DNA of 64,000 nt, from contig CAINEC010000162.1 in NCBI GenBank assembly GCA_903847585.1, forward strand, positions 33,427-97,426. Reading direction: 5' to 3'. Below, piece after piece: positions 19,502 to 28,322 of the stretch (positions are counted from its first letter, which is position 1; the number at the start of each line of letters is the position of its first letter). This stretch comes from an uncultured Bacteroidota bacterium. GTDB taxonomy: Bacteria; Bacteroidota; Bacteroidia; AKYH767-A; OLB10. A program made the translations under genes and the position numbers. The notes beneath the pieces were generated by a model. The model was not told the DNA's origin, did not search any database, and worked only from the letters and a program-made list of their open reading frames with translations.

Positions 19502-21919
19502 CTACTTCGTGAAACCTAATTGACGTGCTTTTATCGAGCTGGCCACTACCGTATATATCACTAAACTGCTCGTACTGATAGGCATTAAAATAGCCGCAAT
19601 TACAGGCGACAAAGTTCCTTGTACGGCAAACCATAATCCCAGAAAATTATACACCAGTGATATGATAAAACTGATGATGATAATTCGGTTAGCTGACTTG
19701 GCAAGACGAATTAACTTCTCCAATTTTGATAAATTACTTCCAATAATAATAGCATCACATGCAGGAGTAAAGTTGTTGATGTCGTTTGAAATGGCAATTC
19801 CTACATGGCCATGCATTAACGCACCAGCATCATTTAATCCATCACCAACCATCATCGTTTTAAATCCATGTTGATTAAGTTCATTGATGTAATTTAATTT
19901 ATCAATGGGTTTGCAATGAAAGCGCATATGCGTTCCTTCGGGAAGAATTGTACTTAGGTTGATTCGCTCATGCTCATCATCACCGCTGATCACACCTAAT
20001 TGAATATTGTGATTTGATAAGTCGGAAGTTAACTCCTTAACACCTTCGCGATATTTATTTTGAATTGCGAAATAGCCGTATATTTCATTATCAATTCCAA
20101 TATATACTCGTGTTGACTTTAATGTATCGAGTTGTTTTTTTCCTGTCAGGTATTCTTCACTTCCAATTTTATAGTGATGTCCGAAAATCATGGCCGTTAA
20201 TCCTTGACCAGGAAATTCTTCAATATGAATAGATGTATCTGCGAATGCTTTTAATTTCAAATATTTCGATAATACAATACTTAATGGATGAGTAGAAGAC
20301 GATACTATTGTATAGATAGCACGTAAATGAAAATCGCTCAATTCAACACCGACATAATTTATCTGATTAGATTCAGGCTCTGTTAATGTGCCTGTCTTAT
20401 CAAATATAACAGTATCAATATCCGCCAACTTTTCAATCACCTGAACATTGCGTAGATAAATTCCTTTCTTACCAAGCAATCGAATGATATTTCCGAAGGT
20501 AAACGGAGCAGATAATGCTAATGCACAAGCACAAGCAATAACCAACACCGCAGTGAAAGCATTAATTGCTCTTGTAAAATCCTGATGATACCAATAAGCA
20601 AATGATGATATAGCAATAACAACAGTTACCAAGACAAACCAACGGCTAATGGTATTCACCATTTTTTGAAAATAACTGGTCTGATTAACTTTATCACTTT
20701 GTTGATTCCAAAGTTTAGTCAAGTAACTATTAGAGGTAGCCTGATCTACCATCACGTCAATAGGACCATTCAATAATTTAGCTCCCGCATAAATCAATTC
20801 ACCTTTATTGACTTTAACTGGTGTCGATTCTCCAGAAACAAAACTATAATCAATATGAGCCGATTGATTTAAGAGTTTTACATCCGCAGGAATAATCTCA
20901 TGATTACGAATCTTCAGACGATCACCTTTAACAACATCATTAACTAAAACAGTTTCTTCTTTAATGCCATTGTATCTCGTAACAGCAATAGGGAAGTAGG
21001 AGGTATAATCCCTGTTAAAAGAAAGCCATTGATAGGTTTTATCTTGAAAATTTCTTCCAATAAGCATGAAGAAGATAAGTCCGGTCATACTATCAAAATA
21101 GCCAGGGCCAGTACCAGAAACAATTTCGTACAAGCTTCTTAAAAACATGGCTAAAATACCAATGGCAATAGGCACATCAATATTGACAACCTTTTGTCGG
21201 AAGCTTCTGAAAGAGTTTATAAAAAATTCACTTGCAGAATAAAAGAAAACCGGCAATGCTAAAACCACAATCACATATCGAAATAATTGTCGGAAGTCCT
21301 CAGCGCCAAAAACACCTCCCGATAAATATTCAGGAAAACTCAACAACATAATATTTCCAAAAGCAAATCCCGCTAAACCGATTTTATAAATCCTTGCATT
21401 CGATTTTTTAGCGAACTGATGATTGCTGACTTTATTTAAATTCAATTCTGGCTCGTAACCAATTAAAGTAAGTTGTTCAACTATATTGCGAAGGGAAGTT
21501 GCCGACGAATTAAAAACAATCAATATTTCCTTACTTACAAAATCAACTTGTGATCGTACCACGCCCTTATCGATTCTTGAAAAATTCTCTAACAACCAAA
21601 TACAACTACTACAATGCATATTCGGAATATGGAAACGAATATGAACTTCATTCTTAGATTTAAAACTGATTAACTTCTCAATAATTTGCTCTTCCTCTAA
21701 AAAAGCAAAGCGATTACCGAGATAACTGTTCTTACGATTTATGCCAGGGTTATCGGAAATAGCGTAATAATTACAAAGGTTGTTTTCATTCAGTACTTCA
21801 TATACTAACTTACAGCCTACGCAACAAAAGTCTTTATCATCAAATTTAACTTTGTCTTCTTCACACTTTTCGTGACAATGATAACAATTGGTAACTACTG
21901 AAGTATTTGTTAATGACAT
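19502..21919 (-). CDS. ccoI: CcoI/FixI-type P1B heavy-metal ATPase
   Basis: N-terminal CYHC...FCCVGC, MHCSSC metal-binding domain, DKTGTLT, HP and GDGLND. Adjacent to the cco genes. Confidence 0.92.
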   Translation of the reverse strand: MSLTNTSVVTNCYHCHEKCEEDKVKFDDKDFCCVGCKLVYEVLNENNLCNYYAISDNPGINRKNSYLGNRFAFLEEEQIIEKLISFKSKNEVHIRFHIPNMHCSSCIWLLENFSRIDKGVVRSQVDFVSKEILIVFNSSATSLRNIVEQLTLIGYEPELNLNKVSNHQFAKKSNARIYKIGLAGFAFGNIMLLSFPEYLSGGVFGAEDFRQLFRYVIVVLALPVFFYSASEFFINSFRSFRQKVVNIDVPIAIGILAMFLRSLYEIVSGTGPGYFDSMTGLIFFMLIGRNFQDKTYQWLSFNRDYTSYFPIAVTRYNGIKEETVLVNDVVKGDRLKIRNHEIIPADVKLLNQSAHIDYSFVSGESTPVKVNKGELIYAGAKLLNGPIDVMVDQATSNSYLTKLWNQQSDKVNQTSYFQKMVNTISRWFVLVTVVIAISSFAYWYHQDFTRAINAFTAVLVIACACALALSAPFTFGNIIRLLGKKGIYLRNVQVIEKLADIDTVIFDKTGTLTEPESNQINYVGVELSDFHLRAIYTIVSSSTHPLSIVLSKYLKLKAFADTSIHIEEFPGQGLTAMIFGHHYKIGSEEYLTGKKQLDTLKSTRVYIGIDNEIYGYFAIQNKYREGVKELTSDLSNHNIQLGVISGDDEHERINLSTILPEGTHMRFHCKPIDKLNYINELNQHGFKTMMVGDGLNDAGALMHGHVGIAISNDINNFTPACDAIIIGSNLSKLEKLIRLAKSANRIIIISFIISLVYNFLGLWFAVQGTLSPVIAAILMPISTSSLVIYTVVASSIKARQLGFTK

Positions 21920-21938
21920 ATCATTTAAATCTTGAATA

Positions 21939-22003
21939 CAAGATTATTCAATGTATACACCTATACTAATGACAAATGTCAGTTGCTATTTTGATAGTGG
22001 TCA
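21939..22003 (-). promoter_or_regulatory. tandem FNR-like boxes plus -7 element for ccoI
   Basis: -7-like TAATCTTG (minus, 21939-21946), 23-nt gap, boxes TGACAAATGTCA (21970-21981) and TGATAGTGGTCA (21992-22003). Confidence 0.8.
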
Positions 22004-22024
22004 CAAAACATTTTTTCCAAAAAG

Positions 22025-22089
22025 TGGTTTAAATTATATCTATGAATGACGTAGGTCATTTGCAACTCATCTTGAATAAAGCAATTTTG
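22025..22089 (+). promoter_or_regulatory. FNR-like box(es) plus -7-like element for the divergent hypothetical gene
   Basis: TGACGTAGGTCA (22047-22058), 23-nt gap, CAATTTTG (22082-22089). Degenerate upstream box TGGTTTAAATTA at 22025-22036. Confidence 0.65.
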
Positions 22090-22109
22090 CAAATACATAA
22101 TTGAACAAC

Positions 22110-22511
22110 ATGTTATCCGAAACAAAAGCGTCGAGCTCGCTACACCTTTACATCGATTTAAACTCAAGACTTTCTGAAATCCAAAGAGAGTTCAATTCTT
22201 ATTTCCCATTCTTAAAGATTGAATTTTTTAAAGCACCTCATAAAATCGGACAAGGATTAAAGAAAGATCTAATCATCAATTCGAATAAATTAGTGAAGGA
22301 TTGTTCAACTATCAAAAAGGGTGGTGTAATTGAATTTACCAATATCACTCCTGTAAGCGATTTAGAAACGAAATTTTTCAAAGACTTTAAATTATCTGTG
22401 CAGGTATTTAGAAAGGCAGGTAGGGTATGGTTAGAAACAACTGCAACAGATAGCTGGACCTTAGCGCAACAAAATGAAGAAGGCGCTGAATTCTCAACGC
22501 CATCTAAATAA
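22110..22511 (+). CDS. hypothetical protein (133 aa) in the microaerobic cluster
   Basis: Clean ORF containing FPFLKIEFF and VQVFRKAGRVWLETTATDSWTLAQQN, preceded by an FNR-like box. ATG at 22110. Confidence 0.75.
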   Translation: MLSETKASSSLHLYIDLNSRLSEIQREFNSYFPFLKIEFFKAPHKIGQGLKKDLIINSNKLVKDCSTIKKGGVIEFTNITPVSDLETKFFKDFKLSVQVFRKAGRVWLETTATDSWTLAQQNEEGAEFSTPSK

Positions 22512-22524
22512 TTTGATCTTCCTT

Positions 22525-23583
22525 TTAAGCTTTTAAATGACGAAGCTTTTCATCATTGATGATTTTAATTTTTCCGTCTTTAATCTCAATTAACTTTTCT
22601 TCTTTAAAATCACTAAGCGTTCTAATCAACGACTCTGTAGCTGTCCCAACAATATTGGCTAAATCTTCACGAGCGATTGCCATAGCAAAATGAGATGCAT
22701 CAGTCGTCTTGTACTTATCTTGTAATAAAATCAATGCCTCGGCAGTTCTCTTTCTAACAGAACTGTAAGCCAATTCTAATAGACGTTCTTGCTTATCGAT
22801 AACACCCTTTGTTAAAAAACGAATGAAGTTCTTCGTAACGGCATGGTTGCTATAAACCAGATTGAAAAATTCTTCCTTAGGAATAAAAATCACTTCTGAC
22901 TCTTCTAATGTTTCAGCACTTTCAATATAAGGCTTTTCTTCTAACAGTGATACATATCCGAAGAAATCACCTTCTTTCAACAAATCAGTGATCAACTCTT
23001 TACCATACTCATGCGTCTTAGTAATTTTTACTTTACCTGACTTCACATAATAAATTCCGTTAGGGTAGTGGTGCTCCTGATAAATCTTTTCTTTCTTTTT
23101 ATAATGATTCACTTTTTTGCCATCCAGGAATTTCTTCAAGGCTGCATCACCAGCCACATCACTGATGAAATGACTTAGTCCATCAAAGTCAGGTTGATAA
23201 TCTTTCTTAAGTGCATCAGCTCTTTTCAAACGACTTTCAATAGCATTTAATAGCTCCGTCTTATCAAAAGGTTTGGTGATATAATCATCGGCACCTAAAT
23301 CCATTCCTTTACGCATATCGCTACGTTCTGCTTTTGCTGTCAGGAAGATAAATGGAACTGAGTTTAAATCGGTATCCTTGCTCAGTAAATGTAAAACTCC
23401 ATAGCCATCTAAACCTGGCATCATGATATCACAGATAATCAAATCTGGTTTTTCCTTACGAGCCATTTCAACACCATCTTTTCCATCAGGTGCTGTACAA
23501 ACTGTATAATTCGCCAGCTCTAAAATCTCAGCTGTATTTTCTCTTACATCCAGATTGTCTTCAATTAATAAAATCTTTTTCAT
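22525..23583 (-). CDS. response regulator: REC domain fused to Crp/Fnr cNMP-binding and HTH domains
   Basis: REC (LLIEDN, CDIMMP, FLTAK, KPF), cNMP-like (YYVKSGKVKI, GDFFG) and Crp-HTH (REDLANIVGTATESLIRTLSDF). Confidence 0.93.
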   Translation of the reverse strand: MKKILLIEDNLDVRENTAEILELANYTVCTAPDGKDGVEMARKEKPDLIICDIMMPGLDGYGVLHLLSKDTDLNSVPFIFLTAKAERSDMRKGMDLGADDYITKPFDKTELLNAIESRLKRADALKKDYQPDFDGLSHFISDVAGDAALKKFLDGKKVNHYKKKEKIYQEHHYPNGIYYVKSGKVKITKTHEYGKELITDLLKEGDFFGYVSLLEEKPYIESAETLEESEVIFIPKEEFFNLVYSNHAVTKNFIRFLTKGVIDKQERLLELAYSSVRKRTAEALILLQDKYKTTDASHFAMAIAREDLANIVGTATESLIRTLSDFKEEKLIEIKDGKIKIINDEKLRHLKA

Positions 23584-23587
23584 AGCA

Positions 23588-24829
23588 TTAATTTATTTGA
23601 TTCGGAAAAGTGATCTCGATCCTTGTTCCTTCGTTTAGTTTACTAGTTAAATGTAAATGACCTTTCATAATGTCAACATAGTTGCCCACAATATGTAACC
23701 CTAATCCTGTACCTTGAATATTAAATGCATTTTTTCCTCTATAGAAACGTTCAAACAAATGCTTCAAATCTTCCTCGCTAATTCCAATTCCCTGATCTTG
23801 CACCACCATTTTTATTTCATTGGAATTCACATCTGCATCCAATGTTATAGACTTGCCTTCTGATGAAAATTTAATAGCATTACTTAAAAGATTAAAAAGA
23901 ATATTCTTGATTAGCTTAGCATCAAGAAACACCAAATTATCACCATGATAATTAATAACTATTTCCTGTCCTGCTTTTGTATTCTGACGCATATCACTCG
24001 CAATTTCATTCATCAGAATATTCAAATCGAACATACTCATATCTGCATGAATCTTTCCTTCTTCTAATTTACTGATAGATAGAAAATCACTTAAGATATC
24101 ATTCAGGTTATTAACTGAAGACTGAATTCGTTTGATATGCTTTTGCTTTTTCTCTTCTTGCTCGGGAGTTTTATATTCTGAAATCAAAACAGCAGAAGAA
24201 AGGATAGTGGTGAGTGGTGTACGAAACTCATGCGATGCCATTGAAATAAATCGCGACTTTAAATCATTCAGGTCTTTTTCTTTTTCGAGGGCCATACTTA
24301 ATTCTGATCTCGACTTCTCTAATTCCAAAATTGCTTCTTGCAAAACGCTGGTACGATCAGAAACCTTACGTTCTAAATCTTCATTCGACTTTTGCAAGGT
24401 AAGTGCAATCTGCTCAAGCTCTAATTGTTTTTCCCTTACAGAAGCTTCAATCTTCTTTCTAACAGAAATATCAATCAAAAAGGCAATGATGTATTTGCGA
24501 TCATCCTTAAAAATAGGACTCAAGCTAATCTCTATTGGGAACAAGGTGCCATCTTTTCTCAATGCATGTAAATCTAAACCTAATCCCATCGGACGAGCAT
24601 GTGGCTTATCGATATACGATTTACGATGATGTTCATGATGTCCTTTGATGTTCTTAGGTACTAATACATCAATCGATTCATTTAATAATTCATTCGACTC
24701 ATATCCGAACATCTTACATGCTGCTGGATTCATCAATTGAATCAATCCACTTTCATTGGAAATAATAATCCCTTCAGTAGCATGATTGAACAGGGCATCG
24801 AGTAACTCGACTTTCTCAAAATTCTGCAT
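23588..24829 (-). CDS. cytoplasmic PAS histidine kinase, FixL-like
   Basis: PAS (MNPAACKMFGY...LVP...HHEHHRKSY...RKDGTLFPIEISLS), HisKA (ASHEFRTPL) and HATPase (NLLSNAIKF, DQGIGI, GTGLGL). No TM segment. Confidence 0.92.
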   Translation of the reverse strand: MQNFEKVELLDALFNHATEGIIISNESGLIQLMNPAACKMFGYESNELLNESIDVLVPKNIKGHHEHHRKSYIDKPHARPMGLGLDLHALRKDGTLFPIEISLSPIFKDDRKYIIAFLIDISVRKKIEASVREKQLELEQIALTLQKSNEDLERKVSDRTSVLQEAILELEKSRSELSMALEKEKDLNDLKSRFISMASHEFRTPLTTILSSAVLISEYKTPEQEEKKQKHIKRIQSSVNNLNDILSDFLSISKLEEGKIHADMSMFDLNILMNEIASDMRQNTKAGQEIVINYHGDNLVFLDAKLIKNILFNLLSNAIKFSSEGKSITLDADVNSNEIKMVVQDQGIGISEEDLKHLFERFYRGKNAFNIQGTGLGLHIVGNYVDIMKGHLHLTSKLNEGTRIEITFPNQIN

Positions 24830-24878
24830 TTGACTAAAATAAGTAAGCTCTAAAAATAAACATTTTTAATGCGCTCTA

Positions 24879-25058
24879 TTATTTATTGCTGCTATATCCT
24901 GCTAAATAATACAACGGACAAAATCCAGAAGCACCTGTTACAAACGGGATTAAACCCGAAATTGCCCAAAATGAATTATGATAGATAAAAAAAGACGCGA
25001 CAGTTACTCCAGCAACTAAGCGAATAACTCGTTCATTAAAATTTTCATTGGTTACCAT
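24879..25058 (-). CDS. DUF2892/YgaP-like small membrane protein (59 aa; not in ORF track)
   Basis: Manual translation MVTNENFNERVIRLVAGVTVASFFIYHNSFWAISGLIPFVTGASGFCPLYYLAGYSSNK*, matching the N...ER.IR...G....TG..GFCPLY..G signature. Confidence 0.85.
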   Translation of the reverse strand: MVTNENFNERVIRLVAGVTVASFFIYHNSFWAISGLIPFVTGASGFCPLYYLAGYSSNK

Positions 25059-25080
25059 AGTGATATTTATTTGTTGAATC

Positions 25081-25145
25081 CAAAAGTAGATGCTCCATCC
25101 AACGAAATAAATTACGCTAATCAGTACACGTTATGATAAATGTCA
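25081..25145 (-). promoter_or_regulatory. tandem FNR-like boxes plus -7 element for DUF2892 (and probably the kinase/regulator)
   Basis: -7 element TACTTTTG (minus, 25081-25088), 23-nt gap, boxes at 25112-25123 (TTACGCTAATCA) and 25134-25145 (TGATAAATGTCA). Confidence 0.8.
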
Positions 25146-25146
25146 C

Positions 25147-26547
25147 TTAAATCTGAAAAGAAGCCCCATCTTCAGGAATTTCAATATTCGAAAAGCCTAA
25201 CTCTTCCAATCGCTCTTTGAAAGCTGTTGCCGCTTCTAATTCACCATGAACAAGGAAAACATTTTGCGTCAACTTCGGATTCTGACAAGTAATAAATTGA
25301 ATTAACTCATCGGCATCCGCATGTGCAGAATAAGAATCAATCACTTCAATCTTAGCGTTCACATTATACAAATCACCAAAAATCTTCACTTGCGTATCTC
25401 CATTTTTCAAACGGCCTCCCATACTGTTGGGCGTAACATACCCAACAATTAAAATGGTATTTTTAGCATCTTCAATATTATTCTTGATATGATGTTTAAC
25501 ACGACCAGCTTCCATCATTCCAGAGGCTGAAATGATAATGCAAGGATCATCGCTTTCATTTAACATTTTTGAATCCTCTACATCACGTATATAGCTTACA
25601 TCATCATATCCGAAAGGATTGTCATCCTTTACCATATATTCTAAAATATCTCCATTAAACGACTCTGTATGTTTCTTCATAATTTCTGTCGCGTTAATCG
25701 ACAATGGAGAATCAACATACACAGGCACGTGAGGCATTTTACCTTCTGTATGTGCACGGTCTAACGCATAAATAATTTCTTGCGTTCGGCCTAAACTAAA
25801 CGCTGGGATAATCACTTTTCCTTTACGATTTACGCAGGTATCAATCACAATATCTAACAAGCGATTTTCTGCATCGTTCGTATGTTCGTGCAAACGATTA
25901 CCATAGGTCGTTTCCATTAAGATAATATCCGCCTGTGGAAAATCTTCTGGAGCTCTTAATATTTTATCATTATATCTTCCAACGTCACCACTAAAAAACA
26001 CTTTTCTGATTTTATTTCCTTCGTTCACCAATACATTCACACATGCGCTTCCTAAGATATGTCCCGCCTCCGAAAAATGAAACGAAAGTTCTTTATCTAT
26101 TTTAGTGAGCTCATGCAATCGAACAGGAACAAATTGTTTTAGAGCTTGATTAACATCATCAATCGTATAAATAGGCTTTAACAATTCCTGATGTTTTCTT
26201 GCTCTGCGCTTATTCAAATACTGCACATCGTATTCTTGAATATGAGCACTATCCGCCAACATAATACGACATAAATCGATGGTAGCAGGCGTTGCGAATA
26301 TCGGTCCCGTATAGCCGCTCTTAACCAGCTGAGGAATATTACCAGCATGATCAGCATGCGCATGCGAAAGGATTAGATAATCGATGGTAGTTGGATCAAA
26401 TCCGAAATGACGATTAAGCGACTCCGTTTCAGAGCCACGACCTTGAAACAAACCACAATCGAGTAATAAGTTTTTTCCACCTTCGGTAGTAATTAAATGT
26501 TTACTGCCTGTAACAGTTTGCGCAGCTCCGTAAAAAGTAATTTTCAT
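25147..26547 (-). CDS. MBL-fold beta-CASP ribonuclease
   Basis: GAAQTVTGS, LLDCG, SHAHADHAG, AGHILGS, IPAFSLGRTQE and YSAHAD motifs. Confidence 0.92.
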   Translation of the reverse strand: MKITFYGAAQTVTGSKHLITTEGGKNLLLDCGLFQGRGSETESLNRHFGFDPTTIDYLILSHAHADHAGNIPQLVKSGYTGPIFATPATIDLCRIMLADSAHIQEYDVQYLNKRRARKHQELLKPIYTIDDVNQALKQFVPVRLHELTKIDKELSFHFSEAGHILGSACVNVLVNEGNKIRKVFFSGDVGRYNDKILRAPEDFPQADIILMETTYGNRLHEHTNDAENRLLDIVIDTCVNRKGKVIIPAFSLGRTQEIIYALDRAHTEGKMPHVPVYVDSPLSINATEIMKKHTESFNGDILEYMVKDDNPFGYDDVSYIRDVEDSKMLNESDDPCIIISASGMMEAGRVKHHIKNNIEDAKNTILIVGYVTPNSMGGRLKNGDTQVKIFGDLYNVNAKIEVIDSYSAHADADELIQFITCQNPKLTQNVFLVHGELEAATAFKERLEELGFSNIEIPEDGASFQI

Positions 26548-26557
26548 AGCAATGAAT

Positions 26558-27607
26558 TTAAAATATTAATACTTCGGTAGCACCAATTCCATACTTTGAA
26601 AAATCGGCAGGCCGGTAATTTAATTGCAACTCTTTTAATTCTGAAATAATAGCATCCTTCAACTTACCATTTCCAACACCATGTATAAACACAATAGTTT
26701 GCATTCGCGAAACCATGGCTTTATCCAATTCGCTTCTGAAATGATTTAACTGAATGCGGATTAGTTCACTATTTGAATAACCTTCGGGAAATTCGATTAG
26801 TGACTCAATATGTAAATCGACAATACTATTCACACCCGACAAACCATACTTCCTTAGCAAATTGCCTTCTTGCTTTTTTACTTTCGCTTCGTGAGGCTTG
26901 CTCACTTGATTCGATTTCGGATTAGTCGTTGGATTATATTTATCTTTCAATAAATCTAGTGGTAGATCTTCACTAGAATTAGCCGTTTTATATATTTCAT
27001 GACTACATGCAAAGCAGAACGGTGCGGTTAACTTTGGGAATAGCTGAACGAGTCCTGGATATTCAATGGTTATTTCCTTACTGCCTGATGAGAACATCTC
27101 ATTATCAGAGTAAACATAAGATACCACAAATGAATCAAACGACATTAACTGTTCACGAGTAAACTCAAATAATTCACTTTGCTGGTTAGTACTTAAAGAG
27201 AAAATAGCTATTCGCTTCAATTTATTCTTTTGCTTTTCAAAGCAAGCTCCTTGAATTTGTCCACCAAGCGCATTCACCAGGATAAACTTAATCTTTCCTG
27301 TTAGCACTGCAGATTGCTCGGGCACCGCTAAAAGTACTACGGAGGCATTTTCAATATGACTTGAAAAATCAGGAGTAGGGGAAAGGGCAGTTGTTTTATC
27401 GGTAGACTTATTATCAATAGGTTTTACACCCATTGCCTTTTCCTGAGAGGACTTAACAACTACAATTTCTTTAGAAAGGACATCGAGGGTAAAGCCATCT
27501 TCAATTTCCACAACAACAATATTATTGGCCTTAAAGCCTAAAACAATTCCGTTTTGTTTTTCATTAATAAATGTGACTGAATCGCCTATATTAAATACTG
27601 CTGACAT
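26558..27607 (-). CDS. Smr domain protein (DUF2027-like)
   Basis: C-terminal VDLHIE...IVFIHGVGNGKLK...YGIGATEV. Confidence 0.85.
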   Translation of the reverse strand: MSAVFNIGDSVTFINEKQNGIVLGFKANNIVVVEIEDGFTLDVLSKEIVVVKSSQEKAMGVKPIDNKSTDKTTALSPTPDFSSHIENASVVLLAVPEQSAVLTGKIKFILVNALGGQIQGACFEKQKNKLKRIAIFSLSTNQQSELFEFTREQLMSFDSFVVSYVYSDNEMFSSGSKEITIEYPGLVQLFPKLTAPFCFACSHEIYKTANSSEDLPLDLLKDKYNPTTNPKSNQVSKPHEAKVKKQEGNLLRKYGLSGVNSIVDLHIESLIEFPEGYSNSELIRIQLNHFRSELDKAMVSRMQTIVFIHGVGNGKLKDAIISELKELQLNYRPADFSKYGIGATEVLIF

Positions 27608-27708
27608 ATAACTGCAAAATAAAGCATTTAAAGTATGTCATTTTAACGAATGATCTTTTTTATCTGACAATTAAAATATGCCACGTATTCACTATTTTCG
27701 TGACTCCC

Positions 27709-28284
27709 ATGGCAAGAGAGAAAGATTATAGTAAAATTGATAAAATCTTTGAAGCGACCCTTCGATTAGTTTATGAAAAAGGCTTTGCCGGCATCAAACT
27801 AACGGACGTTGCACGCCTTTCAGGAATTGCTATTGGAACTATCTACTTGTACTTTAAGGATAAAGATGATTTGGTTAGTCAGCTATACCAATACATCCAA
27901 CGGAAAAAGAAGCAAGAGGTAAATATTGAAATTGACTTAAACAGACCAGCTATTGAATTGATAAAAGAATTGTGGATGGCTTATTATCAGGCGGTATTTG
28001 ATGATTTGAAAGCAGCCGATTTTTTTTATCAGTATCAACAAAGCAATGCAGTTGTGAAAATCATCAACGAACATGATTTGTTTGTTTTCACTAATTTAAG
28101 GCGAGTTTTATCGAAAGGAGTGATGGAAGGAAAGATTAAAAATATGGATGCGGATATTCTCTACACCATTTTAATTGGACCTATACACGAATTGGCAAAA
28201 CATGCATTAAGAAATAATTTTAAAGCAACATTCGAAGAAAAAGAAGAACTATTTAATTGTCTTATCAATAGCATCAAAATATAA
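27709..28284 (+). CDS. TetR/AcrR family regulator
   Basis: HTH IFEATLRLVYEKGF...DVARLSGIAIGTIYLYFKDKDDL. Confidence 0.92.
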   Translation: MAREKDYSKIDKIFEATLRLVYEKGFAGIKLTDVARLSGIAIGTIYLYFKDKDDLVSQLYQYIQRKKKQEVNIEIDLNRPAIELIKELWMAYYQAVFDDLKAADFFYQYQQSNAVVKIINEHDLFVFTNLRRVLSKGVMEGKIKNMDADILYTILIGPIHELAKHALRNNFKATFEEKEELFNCLINSIKI

Positions 28285-28322
28285 GTCCAATCAACCAAAA
28301 ACAATACAACCAAAATAATCCA

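Noticed and set aside
21979-22167. 62-aa minus-strand ORF across the divergent promoter region
   Set aside because: Overlaps regulatory boxes and the opposite gene, with no coding features.
24132-24629. Long antisense ORFs (also 10992-11327, 36124-36579, 42637-43107, 57428-57817 and others)
   Set aside because: Ser/Phe/Ile-rich mirror frames of well-supported genes, as expected from codon bias.
27629-27662. Two half-matching FNR-like 12-mers 22 bp apart upstream of tetR
   Set aside because: Each is degenerate in one half-site, and there is no -7 element at the 23-nt distance.
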